Positions 51,641 to 60,501 of a DNA stretch of 64,000 bases are shown here, piece by piece. Where the stretch lies: positions 7,418 through 71,417 of the forward strand of contig JAQUVM010000002.1 of NCBI GenBank assembly GCA_028693355.1, written 5' to 3'. The notes below the pieces were generated by a model. It searched no databases, had not been told where the DNA came from, and was given only the letters and a program-made list of their open reading frames with translations. A program made the position numbers and the translations under genes. The DNA is from Burkholderiales bacterium (lineage in GTDB: Bacteria > Pseudomonadota > Gammaproteobacteria > Burkholderiales > UBA11063). How positions within the stretch are numbered: position 1 is the first letter of the stretch; each line of letters opens with the position of its first letter.

Positions 51641-53302
51641 ATGACTAAAATTAATACAGATAATAATACGGTGATCAAATATTTATGCCTAGTTATTGTT
51701 GGTGTGTTGGCTAATTCGATTGGAATGTTTTCTCCTGTATTAAATAGTAATGATGCTTATTTTTATTCTATCATGAGTAAAAATATTGTCACAAGTGATA
51801 ATTGGGTTTGGTTATTTTACCAAGGACAAGATTGGTTAGATAAACCTCATTTTCCTTTTTGGATGACAGCACTATCATTTAAAGTATTTGGCATAAGTGT
51901 TTTTGCTTTTGTGTTACCAGGGTTTGTTTTTAGTTTGATTGGTGCTATCTATACATATCGTTTAGCAAAAGAGTTTTTTGACTTTGAAACAGCTGCATTG
52001 TCAGCTCTAATCTATATAACTAGCTTACATTTGATGACATCAGCTATAGATATTCGTGCTGAAGCATTTCTTCTTGGGCAAATAGTTCCAGCTTGTTTTT
52101 ATTTGTGGCGCTTTAATACTACATCGAGATTTAAACATTTAGTTTTGGCTAGTTTATTTACTGGTCTGGCATTGATGACTAAGGGATTATTTGTTTTCGT
52201 TACCATTTGTAGTGGGCAAATCATATATTTGATTTATATCCGTAAACTAAACTTTGCATTTATCAAAAAATTTATTAGCTATATTTTACTGTCATTTGTC
52301 TTTGCATTGCCTGAATTTATCTGTTTATACATGCAATTTGATATGCATCCTGAAAAAGTAGTTTTTGGTAAAACGGGTGTATCTGGATTAGAGTGGTACT
52401 TTTGGGGAAGTCAATTTGGACGGTTCTTTAACAGTGGTCCAATAGCAATGGCAAATAAACATAGAGATTATTTTTTCTTTGTACATACTTTCTTATGGTC
52501 TTTTTTGCCTTGGAGTTTATTTTTTATATTTTCTATATATTCTTTTATAAAAAATCGTATCGAGATTATTTCATATGATTTTTCGAAGATAATATATTTG
52601 TTAGCTGCTTTTATTCCTACTTTTTTAATGTTTAGTTTAACAAAATTTCAGTTAGATTATTATATAAATATCATCATTCCATTTGCCGCAATTATGTGTG
52701 CTTATTTTTTAAATTATATTATTGTGCCAAAGTGGCTTTTAAAAGTGCAATCAGGTATAAATATAGTTCTTTTATTAATAGCTTCGTTACTGGTTTTACT
52801 GGTATTTAAATTAACTTTATATTCATTATATGTATTTGTGCCGTTAATATTTTTGTTTGTAATGGTGAATAGTTTACGAAATGGTGTTAATAAAGAGAAT
52901 GTCATTATATTTTCAGCCATTAGTATTTCTAATGTATTTGTAATCTTAATGTTAATTTATAGAATAATTTATCCAAATTTTGTAGTTGGGTTAAATTTGG
53001 CTAGTTATCTTAAAGAAAGTAATATTACTGCTGCAAAATTATATGTGGTGGGTGATTTAAATTATAACATAACAAATTTTTATATTAACAATATGGAATT
53101 AAGCTTTGTTAATCAAACTAGTGATATAAAAGATACTAATTACTATATTTTGAGTAATAGTAATGATAAAACTGTAAAAGATTTAAATAGTGCTCATGAG
53201 TTAAAAGAGTTCGCAGATATTTCTATTAATAGATTTATTCCTATGTTATTAAGTGACAAAAAAGAAGATATTAATTATTATCAATTATATAAAGTAAATT
53301 AA
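51641..53302 (+). CDS. ArnT/GT39-GT83 family GT-C glycosyltransferase
   Basis: NDAYFYSIMSKNI; WLDKPHFPFW; GLALMTKG; FLPWSLF; many TM helices. Confidence 0.88.
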   Translation: MTKINTDNNTVIKYLCLVIVGVLANSIGMFSPVLNSNDAYFYSIMSKNIVTSDNWVWLFYQGQDWLDKPHFPFWMTALSFKVFGISVFAFVLPGFVFSLIGAIYTYRLAKEFFDFETAALSALIYITSLHLMTSAIDIRAEAFLLGQIVPACFYLWRFNTTSRFKHLVLASLFTGLALMTKGLFVFVTICSGQIIYLIYIRKLNFAFIKKFISYILLSFVFALPEFICLYMQFDMHPEKVVFGKTGVSGLEWYFWGSQFGRFFNSGPIAMANKHRDYFFFVHTFLWSFLPWSLFFIFSIYSFIKNRIEIISYDFSKIIYLLAAFIPTFLMFSLTKFQLDYYINIIIPFAAIMCAYFLNYIIVPKWLLKVQSGINIVLLLIASLLVLLVFKLTLYSLYVFVPLIFLFVMVNSLRNGVNKENVIIFSAISISNVFVILMLIYRIIYPNFVVGLNLASYLKESNITAAKLYVVGDLNYNITNFYINNMELSFVNQTSDIKDTNYYILSNSNDKTVKDLNSAHELKEFADISINRFIPMLLSDKKEDINYYQLYKVN

Positions 53303-53360
53303 GTTTATCTGGTAATGCTTTGTTAAGAGATTACTAAAATATCGAAAGGGTTTTATTTTT

Positions 53361-54809
53361 ATGTTGGCAGATAAGGTTTCATTAAAAAAACATTTGTTTA
53401 TAGCATTAATATTAGGGCTAGTATTACGTACTTTAACGGCATATTTTGATTATGGGCCTTTTGCTCTTGATGATTATTTACATGGCTTAATTCCAGCTTT
53501 TATGCTAGAAAATTATGGTGTCCATATTTTACCTGAGTATCGCAGTTGGTTACTAGTATGGATATTAAATGGGTTCTTAAAATTATGTAGTTGTTTTGGA
53601 GTTAATGATTCGCTATCTCAAATCCGTATCATGTTAACTGGGCTTGGGGTTATTAGTCTAACTGCTATTATTGGTTGTTATTTATATGTTAAAAACTTTA
53701 ACAATAAATTATTTCAATTGACTTCATTATATCTAATCAGTGCTTATCCTCTTATGCTTCTAGTGTCTACCAGAGCATTTGGCGAGACTGTATCTATGAG
53801 CTTTTTGTTATTTGGTATTGGCATTTCTGAACATGCAAGGTTTAATCATAAAACTTTGAATTTTATTATAGGGATGATTATATTAGGTATAGCTTGTTTA
53901 TTACGTTTTCAGGTAGCTGTTTTTTGGCTTGCATATGCTATTTGTTTATTATTAATTAATTGGAGATCATTTCTTCCAAAAATCTTAATATCTGGGATAG
54001 TAGTTATTTTATTACAAATAGTTATTGATTTATTAAGTTCAAGAGCTGCTTTTTCTACGATTATTGCATATTTGCAGGCAAATGAGGGTGGTGCAGCTGG
54101 CTATGGAGTTACACCGTGGTATTCTACCTGGCTGCTAGTATTAGCTTTTATTTTGGCGCCATTTTCATTACCATTTTTTAGAAATTTTAAGTCGTTACTA
54201 CGTTCTCATTGGGTAACGTTTATTCCATTTTTTGTATTTGTTCTAGCTCATAGCTTAGTTCCTCATAAAGAAGAGCGTTTTATGTTTCCAATTGTTGGAA
54301 TAGAACTAATATTCCTTGCTTGGTTGTGGATGAGCGATTATAAAAATAATTGGGCAACAAAGATATTTAATTGGGTGATTGCTTGCCTTGGTGGAGTAGC
54401 TTTATTTGTTGTTTGCTTTGTTAATTTTCAAAGTGGTGCAGTTGACCCTATGTTTAAAACAAGTGCAAATAAAATTGATACTTTAGTACTTGCCGATGAG
54501 TGGAATACATGGGATGGGTTTTACCCAATATTAATAACTAAAAATAGTAAGGTTGAACAAGTCGACATTAAAAATAAATTATCATATAATGCTTTTAGAG
54601 ATGCAGCTAATAGTTTTAAACAAGTTATAGTTGTTTCCTCTAATCCAGATCTATCATATAATATTGATGATATTAGTAAAAATGGTTTATGGGAGTTAAA
54701 ATGTTCAAAGGTTTATGAAGCAACTTCTTTGGTTGATGAAATTGCATACAAACTAAACCCAAAACATAATAAACGTAGAGCACCTGTTCAATATATAGTT
54801 TGTAAATAA
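53361..54809 (+). CDS. ALG9/PIG-B-like (GT22) GT-C glycosyltransferase
   Basis: PFALDDY acidic loop; STRAFGE; GVTPWY; VPHKEERFMFP matching the ALG9/PIG-B HKE(E/F)RF motif. Confidence 0.75.
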   Translation: MLADKVSLKKHLFIALILGLVLRTLTAYFDYGPFALDDYLHGLIPAFMLENYGVHILPEYRSWLLVWILNGFLKLCSCFGVNDSLSQIRIMLTGLGVISLTAIIGCYLYVKNFNNKLFQLTSLYLISAYPLMLLVSTRAFGETVSMSFLLFGIGISEHARFNHKTLNFIIGMIILGIACLLRFQVAVFWLAYAICLLLINWRSFLPKILISGIVVILLQIVIDLLSSRAAFSTIIAYLQANEGGAAGYGVTPWYSTWLLVLAFILAPFSLPFFRNFKSLLRSHWVTFIPFFVFVLAHSLVPHKEERFMFPIVGIELIFLAWLWMSDYKNNWATKIFNWVIACLGGVALFVVCFVNFQSGAVDPMFKTSANKIDTLVLADEWNTWDGFYPILITKNSKVEQVDIKNKLSYNAFRDAANSFKQVIVVSSNPDLSYNIDDISKNGLWELKCSKVYEATSLVDEIAYKLNPKHNKRRAPVQYIVCK

Positions 54810-54846
54810 AAAGTGGAGTTATATTGATATAACTCCACTTTTTATT
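54805..54846. terminator. Bidirectional terminator
   Basis: Perfect 19-bp stem aataaaaagtggagttata/tataactccactttttatt, 4-nt loop. Confidence 0.88.
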
Positions 54847-54847
54847 G

Positions 54848-55543
54848 TTACTGTCCAATTAAAAAGATAGCTTCTTCTTTAGTTAGATTAATTTTTGTTT
54901 TTTTCCAGTCATTAATATTTTTACTAATGAGTTGTTGAGAGTCTGTCATTAGGTTTATGCCAATGCATAATTTAAGTTCACTATTTAATTGGCTAACTAA
55001 TGCATCAAAGAGTTTTTGATTGCGAAATGGAGCCTCAATAAAAATAAATGTAGTTTTTTCTTTTAGAATCTGATTTTCTAATAGTTTTAATTTAGTCTTA
55101 CGTTTATCTGGTTCTGCAGGTAAATATCCGATGAATGAAAAATTCTGTCCATTCATACCGCTTGCCATTAAAGCTAATAAAATTGAGCTAGGCCCAACAA
55201 ATGGTACTACATTGAAACCCATTTCATGCGCTATACTAACTACACGGCTTCCAGGGTCAGCAATAGCTGGGCATCCACAGTCCGACATTAAACCAATATC
55301 TTCACCACGTGATAGAGGTGCAATTAGTTCAGAATAGTCTTGTTTATGTTTATTTAATTCCATAATATTTAGCTCTTGCAAAGCTGTATCAAGCCCTAAA
55401 TGTTTTATATGAGATCTACATATTTTAGCGGTTTCAACTATGAAGTGCTTTAGATGCTTAATTTGATTTTTTTGCTCTGGTAATAATGCAGAATTATTTG
55501 ATTCTGGATTTAAGGTGGTAGGGATTAAATATAATGTTGCCAT
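54848..55543 (-). CDS. Tetrapyrrole methylase-fold SAM-dependent methyltransferase (RsmI-like paralogue)
   Basis: TLYLIPTTL; IGLMSDCGCPAIADPG; VVPFVGPSS; FSFIGYLP; IFIEAPFRN. Confidence 0.85.
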   Translation of the reverse strand: MATLYLIPTTLNPESNNSALLPEQKNQIKHLKHFIVETAKICRSHIKHLGLDTALQELNIMELNKHKQDYSELIAPLSRGEDIGLMSDCGCPAIADPGSRVVSIAHEMGFNVVPFVGPSSILLALMASGMNGQNFSFIGYLPAEPDKRKTKLKLLENQILKEKTTFIFIEAPFRNQKLFDALVSQLNSELKLCIGINLMTDSQQLISKNINDWKKTKINLTKEEAIFLIGQ

Positions 55544-55573
55544 GATTCTCGAACTTAAAAATTAATATACTAG

Positions 55574-55582
55574 ATTATATCA
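55574..55582 (-). promoter_or_regulatory. Extended -10 promoter of the methyltransferase gene
   Basis: TGATATAAT on minus, 30 bp upstream of ATG. Confidence 0.55.
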
Positions 55583-55855
55583 CTAATACTCTTGACTAAA
55601 TGTCTAAAGTGTGCATTTGTTTCATTGTTGGGGTGGGTTGTGTTTTTTTTTATGGTATTTCAGGTTCTTATGGGAAAGCCCCACTGCTAGAGACTAATCA
55701 AGGGTGAGGCTTAAAGGAAGTTTGTCTTTTTCAAGACCACGTTAATATAACCGCTCTTGTTTGTAAATGCAACAAATATTAAAGATATTTTTTGAGTAGG
55801 TGGGTTTGCAATATTTTTTAATATTATAAAAAAGTTTTTTTAGAGCAATGGTTTT

Positions 55856-55864
55856 TGGTAAAAT
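55856..55864 (+). promoter_or_regulatory. Extended -10 promoter of glpT
   Basis: TGGTAAAAT 34 bp upstream of ATG; AAGGA RBS. Confidence 0.55.
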
Positions 55865-55898
55865 CATTTAACTTTTTGTTTAAATCATAAGGATTGGT

Positions 55899-57218
55899 AT
55901 GATCGGAATTTTTAAACCAGCTAAATTTATTACTCCAGTTGATAAATCTGAAGCTGATAGTACTTATAAACGCTATCGCTTACAAATGTTTTTAGTAGCA
56001 TATATTGGCTATATGGCATATTATTTTGTTCGTAGTACTTTAGCATTGGCAAAACCCGAATTAATTAAAGATGGTTTTTCTATGACTGAAGTTGGTTTGC
56101 TGGGGTCTGGACTTGCTGTTGCCTATGGTTTAAGTAAATTTATAATGGGAACTGTTTCTGATCGTAGTAATCCTAGATATTTTTTAGCAACTGGTTTGAT
56201 TTTGTCAGCTATTTGTAATTTACTAATGCCAAGTTTTTTAAGTTTTAGCGCGTTATTTGTGTTAATGATATTTAATGGTTGGTTTCAAGGTATGGGATGG
56301 CCTCCATGTGGGCGTATTATGACACATTGGTTTTCAGACTCAGAACGAGGCACAAAAATGGCTATTTGGAATACCGCTCATAATGTTGGTGCTGGTTTGT
56401 TGCCTATGATAGTTTTTGTGGGTATTGCTTTGTTTGGTAAGTGGCAAGGAATCTTTTATCTTCCAGCTTTTTGTGCTATTGCAGTTGCTATATTTGTTTT
56501 AGTATGTGGGCGTGATGTACCACAATCAGTTGGACTTTCACCAATTGAAGAATATCGTAATGATTATCCATTAGAAGAGGTGGAACATGGTTTAGTTGAT
56601 CGAGAGAAAGAGATGACAACTAAGCAGATATTATTTGATTATGTCTTAACTAATAAATATGTTTGGTATATGGCAATTGCTAATGTATTTGTATACTGCG
56701 TAAGATATGGTGTATTAAACTGGGCTCCAACATATCTTACTAAAGTTAAACACTTTAGTAATTGGTATAGTAGCCTTGGTTTTGCTTTCTTTGAATTAGC
56801 TGCAATACCTGGGACTATTTTGATAGGCTGGTTATCTGATAAATATTTTGCAGGACGTCGTGCTCCACTTGGTTTTATCTCTATGATAATTATTGCATTT
56901 GGAATATATGCGTACTGGCAGTCAACTAGCCAAACAATGACACTTATTTCACTTGGCGTAATTGGATTTATGATTTATGGGCCAGTTATGCTAATAGGAG
57001 TTGCGGCACTTGATTTGGTTCCAAAAAAAGCAGGCGGTACGGCAGCTGGATTTACAGGGTTATTTGGTTATTTTTTTGGCACTATGGGAGCTGAAGCATT
57101 AATGGGTTTTTTAGTACAAAATTATGGCTGGGATAGTGGGTTTATCATGTTGATTATTTCATCAGTTTTAGCTTCATTATTATTTATTTTAAGTTGGAAT
57201 GTTCATAAAAAAGGCTAG
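55899..57218 (+). CDS. glpT: Organophosphate:Pi antiporter (OPA family MFS), GlpT-like
   Basis: IFKPA N-terminus; YGLSKF; GWFQGMGWPPC; WNTAHNVG; RYGVL; YGPVMLIG; AGGTAAGFTGLFGY. Confidence 0.85.
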   Translation: MIGIFKPAKFITPVDKSEADSTYKRYRLQMFLVAYIGYMAYYFVRSTLALAKPELIKDGFSMTEVGLLGSGLAVAYGLSKFIMGTVSDRSNPRYFLATGLILSAICNLLMPSFLSFSALFVLMIFNGWFQGMGWPPCGRIMTHWFSDSERGTKMAIWNTAHNVGAGLLPMIVFVGIALFGKWQGIFYLPAFCAIAVAIFVLVCGRDVPQSVGLSPIEEYRNDYPLEEVEHGLVDREKEMTTKQILFDYVLTNKYVWYMAIANVFVYCVRYGVLNWAPTYLTKVKHFSNWYSSLGFAFFELAAIPGTILIGWLSDKYFAGRRAPLGFISMIIIAFGIYAYWQSTSQTMTLISLGVIGFMIYGPVMLIGVAALDLVPKKAGGTAAGFTGLFGYFFGTMGAEALMGFLVQNYGWDSGFIMLIISSVLASLLFILSWNVHKKG

Positions 57219-57220
57219 TA

Positions 57221-58981
57221 ATGTTATTTAGAATTCTGCGTTTTATATTTATATGTTTTTTTGCTTTTCCTGTTTTGTCTGAAGCTAAGTCATTTCAAGA
57301 AACACCGTATCATGTGAGTATTGAGGCGCAGGATGAGTCATATCTCTGGGTTAAATTTTCTATTGAACCTGAATATTATCTTTATCAAAATAAAATATCT
57401 ATTAAAAATACTGCAAATAGTAATGTAAAACTTGGAAAGTATGTTTTGCCAGATCCTATCGAATTATCAAATTCATTTGAGCCTGATAAAAAATTTGTTT
57501 ATGAGAATCAATTATCAATTCAGGTGCCTATATCTAAATTTGCAGATGGTAATCTTAATATACAAATAAATTACCAAGGCTGTAAAGGTAGCTCATTATG
57601 TTTACCTGAGGAAGAATTAAGGCAACAAATAAATTTAAAGAGTGGAAAATCTGTACATTCTGCTTATAAGGTAGCCATGGAAAGTGATTCATTTGTCGAA
57701 ATGAGTGCAGACTCTTTAGCCATTAGCAAATATTTAAATCAAAATAGTTTTATTTTATCTTTGGGACTATTCTTTATTTTTGGAGTTTTATTAGCATTTA
57801 CTCCGTGTGTATTCCCAATGCTTCCTGTACTAATAATGGTAGTTTCAAATAAAAATAATACCTTATTACATAATTTTTTCCTAGCACTTAGCTATGTTTT
57901 AGGTGGCGCGGTTATATATGCTATAGCAGGTATTGTTGCTGCAACGTTAGGTATTAGTTTAACTCAATACTTACAAGCATGGTGGGTAGGTATTGTTGTT
58001 GGTGTTTTATTTATAGTATTTGCCGCAGCTATGTTTGGGTATTTTGAAATTAGATTACCAACTTTTATTCAAAATAAATTAAGTGAAAAATCAATTGGAA
58101 TTTCATCAAAAGGGATTTTTAGTACTTTTATATTAGGTGGTATATCGACACTAATTTTATCGCCATGTGTGACTGCTCCTTTGGCGGGTGCTTTAATTTA
58201 TATTGCCAATTCTCGTGATTTAGCTCTTGGAGCAAGTAGCTTATTTATGTTAGGCTTAGGCAGTGGTTTGCCATTATTGCTTATAGCTGTTTTTGGGCGT
58301 GAAGTATTGCCTAAAAATGGTGCTTGGATGGAGTATACAAAAATTCTATTTGGTATTGTGCTACTTGCTATGGCAGGGTATATGTTATCTCGCGTTTCTG
58401 CTGGTTACGATTTAGAAATAATCTTGGGTATAATTATTATATCTATTTATCAAATCATAAGAAAAATTATATTTTTTAGAGATAGCAAAATTAGATTTAA
58501 TGCTGTTATGGCCTTATTGATTATAATTTGTATTATCTTTTATAATCATTATAGTAAAGAGCGTATTAATGCAGCGGATAAAAATTTTAATGTTGTAAGC
58601 ACTTTTAGTGAATATGAAGCACAGATGCAGCTAGCTAAAAATAGCCATAAGCCAATAGTTATTGATTTTTATGCAAACTGGTGTTCTGCTTGTAAAGAAA
58701 TGGACTTAAGAACATTTTCTAATGATGGCGTTATTAATAAATTACATGATTTTTATTTAATTCGAGTAGACTCAACAAAAAACTCTTCTGATATTCAAAG
58801 ATTACAAAATATATATGGAGTTTTTGCTCTACCTAGTATTATTTTATTGTATCCGGGTGGTAGTGTTGCACAAGATAATCAGGTTTATGGTTTTACAGCG
58901 CCTAATAGTTTTTTAGATAAGTTAAATAATTTTAATAGTAACAAGATATTGTATTGTGAATTAAAAGATAAGAATTGTTAA
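57221..58981 (+). CDS. dsbD: Thiol:disulfide interchange protein DsbD
   Basis: N-terminal YQGCKGSSLC; TM FTPCVFPM and SPCVTAPL; thioredoxin FYANWCSAC. Confidence 0.95.
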   Translation: MLFRILRFIFICFFAFPVLSEAKSFQETPYHVSIEAQDESYLWVKFSIEPEYYLYQNKISIKNTANSNVKLGKYVLPDPIELSNSFEPDKKFVYENQLSIQVPISKFADGNLNIQINYQGCKGSSLCLPEEELRQQINLKSGKSVHSAYKVAMESDSFVEMSADSLAISKYLNQNSFILSLGLFFIFGVLLAFTPCVFPMLPVLIMVVSNKNNTLLHNFFLALSYVLGGAVIYAIAGIVAATLGISLTQYLQAWWVGIVVGVLFIVFAAAMFGYFEIRLPTFIQNKLSEKSIGISSKGIFSTFILGGISTLILSPCVTAPLAGALIYIANSRDLALGASSLFMLGLGSGLPLLLIAVFGREVLPKNGAWMEYTKILFGIVLLAMAGYMLSRVSAGYDLEIILGIIIISIYQIIRKIIFFRDSKIRFNAVMALLIIICIIFYNHYSKERINAADKNFNVVSTFSEYEAQMQLAKNSHKPIVIDFYANWCSACKEMDLRTFSNDGVINKLHDFYLIRVDSTKNSSDIQRLQNIYGVFALPSIILLYPGGSVAQDNQVYGFTAPNSFLDKLNNFNSNKILYCELKDKNC

Positions 58982-58991
58982 AGGGAAATTT

Positions 58992-59396
58992 ATGAATGAT
59001 GAACAAATGCATCCAGATGGTGAACTAGTAGTACGTACATTAGCTATGCCGGGAGATGCCAATCCAAAAGGCGATATTTTTGGTGGCTGGGTATTATCTC
59101 AAATGGATATTGCTGGCGGTCTAATTGCTAAGCAACATGCAAAGGGTGGACGTGCGGTTACGGTTTCAATAGATGGAATGTCGTTTAAGAATCCTGTGAA
59201 AATTGGTGATATGGTATCTTGTTACGCTAAGTTAATAGAGCATGGACGCTCATCAATGAAAATTAAAATAGAAACATGGACATATTGTTTTGATAAAGAA
59301 GAACATAAAATGGTAACAAATGGTGTATTTACTTATGTGGCAATAGATGAAAATGGCAAACCGTGCCAAATAATTAAACCTATTAAAGCTGCATAA
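58992..59396 (+). CDS. yciA: Hotdog-fold acyl-CoA thioesterase
   Basis: LAMPGDANPKGDIFGGWVLSQMDIAGG; FKNPVKIGD; FTYVAID. Confidence 0.92.
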   Translation: MNDEQMHPDGELVVRTLAMPGDANPKGDIFGGWVLSQMDIAGGLIAKQHAKGGRAVTVSIDGMSFKNPVKIGDMVSCYAKLIEHGRSSMKIKIETWTYCFDKEEHKMVTNGVFTYVAIDENGKPCQIIKPIKAA

Positions 59397-59398
59397 TT

Positions 59399-60499
59399 AT
59401 GAAAATTACTAAAATAGAAATTGCCAAATTACGTATTCCATTGATTAGACCTTTTATTACTGCACTTCGTAGAACTGAGCACGTTGAGGATATCGTTGTA
59501 ACTATTCTAACTGATGAAGGTAGCATCGGGTATGGAGCAGCTGCTTCAACCCCAGTAATTACTGGAGATAGTCAAGAGTCTATCATTGGAGCCATACAAA
59601 TTATAGGAAATAAATTACTTGGGCTTGATATTGCAAGTTTTGAATCAATATTATTGATGATTCAAAATAGCGTTATTAATAATAGCTCAGCAAAAGCAGC
59701 TCTTGATATGGCAATTCATGATTTAGTTGCCAAAAAATTGCAAACACCATTATATAAAATGCTTGGTGGTGGTAATTCTGAGATAAAAACGTTGACGACT
59801 GTTAGCGTCAAAGATGTAAACGATATGGTAGAAGATGCAAGACTTTTTATAAGTCAAGGATTTGAGACACTAAAAATTAAAGTAGGACAGAATCCATTAG
59901 AAGATATTGAACGGTTAAAGAAAATTCGAGAGGCAGTTGGCAATAAAATTAATATTGTAAGTGATGCTAATCAAGGTTGGGATAGTAAGTCAGCATTACA
60001 AATTATTGATACCTTAGTGAATAGTAATGTTGGAATAGCGATGGTTGAACAGCCATGCAAGGCATGGGATTTAGAGAATTTAAAATATATTCGTGATAAT
60101 TCGCCATTACCTATCTTTGCTGATGAATCAGCTTTTAATATAAGAGATGTAACAAATATATTAGCTAATCGTATTGCAGATGGAATTAACATTAAACTTA
60201 TGAAGTCAGGTGGCATTTATCAAGCTCGTACAATCTATGATCTATCTACAGCTCATAATATTCCTTGCATGGCAGGATGTATGCTTGAGTCTCCAATAGG
60301 TTTAGCCGCTATGGCAAGCTTTGTTGTGAGCCGCCATAATATTCAATTTGTTGATTTAGATTCTATTACTATGATTAAAGCTAACCCAGTTCATGGTGGA
60401 GTACAATTAAAAGGTGCAACATTATTATTAAGTGATGAAGCTGGATTAGGAATAAAACACATTGATGATTTAGAAATTGTTTCTATGTTAGGAATATAG
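59399..60499 (+). CDS. L-Ala-D/L-Glu dipeptide epimerase (enolase superfamily, YkfB/YcjG-like)
   Basis: PFITALR; VITGDS; LKIKVG; DANQGW; EQP; ADES; NIKLMKSGG; GCMLES; DLD. Confidence 0.9.
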   Translation: MKITKIEIAKLRIPLIRPFITALRRTEHVEDIVVTILTDEGSIGYGAAASTPVITGDSQESIIGAIQIIGNKLLGLDIASFESILLMIQNSVINNSSAKAALDMAIHDLVAKKLQTPLYKMLGGGNSEIKTLTTVSVKDVNDMVEDARLFISQGFETLKIKVGQNPLEDIERLKKIREAVGNKINIVSDANQGWDSKSALQIIDTLVNSNVGIAMVEQPCKAWDLENLKYIRDNSPLPIFADESAFNIRDVTNILANRIADGINIKLMKSGGIYQARTIYDLSTAHNIPCMAGCMLESPIGLAAMASFVVSRHNIQFVDLDSITMIKANPVHGGVQLKGATLLLSDEAGLGIKHIDDLEIVSMLGI

Positions 60500-60501
60500 A
60501 T

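Noticed and set aside
55643-55651. Homopolymer tracts as phase-variation switches
   Set aside because: Tracts of 7-9 A/T are expected at this AT content; I noticed no long poly-G/C or short-unit repeat in any CDS
55650-55760. 6S RNA, cobalamin, c-di-GMP or Moco riboswitch, or RNase P in the glpT spacer
   Set aside because: Only fragments (ccttga, gggaaag, ccactg) match; full conserved motifs and context are missing. Kept as an unclassified finding
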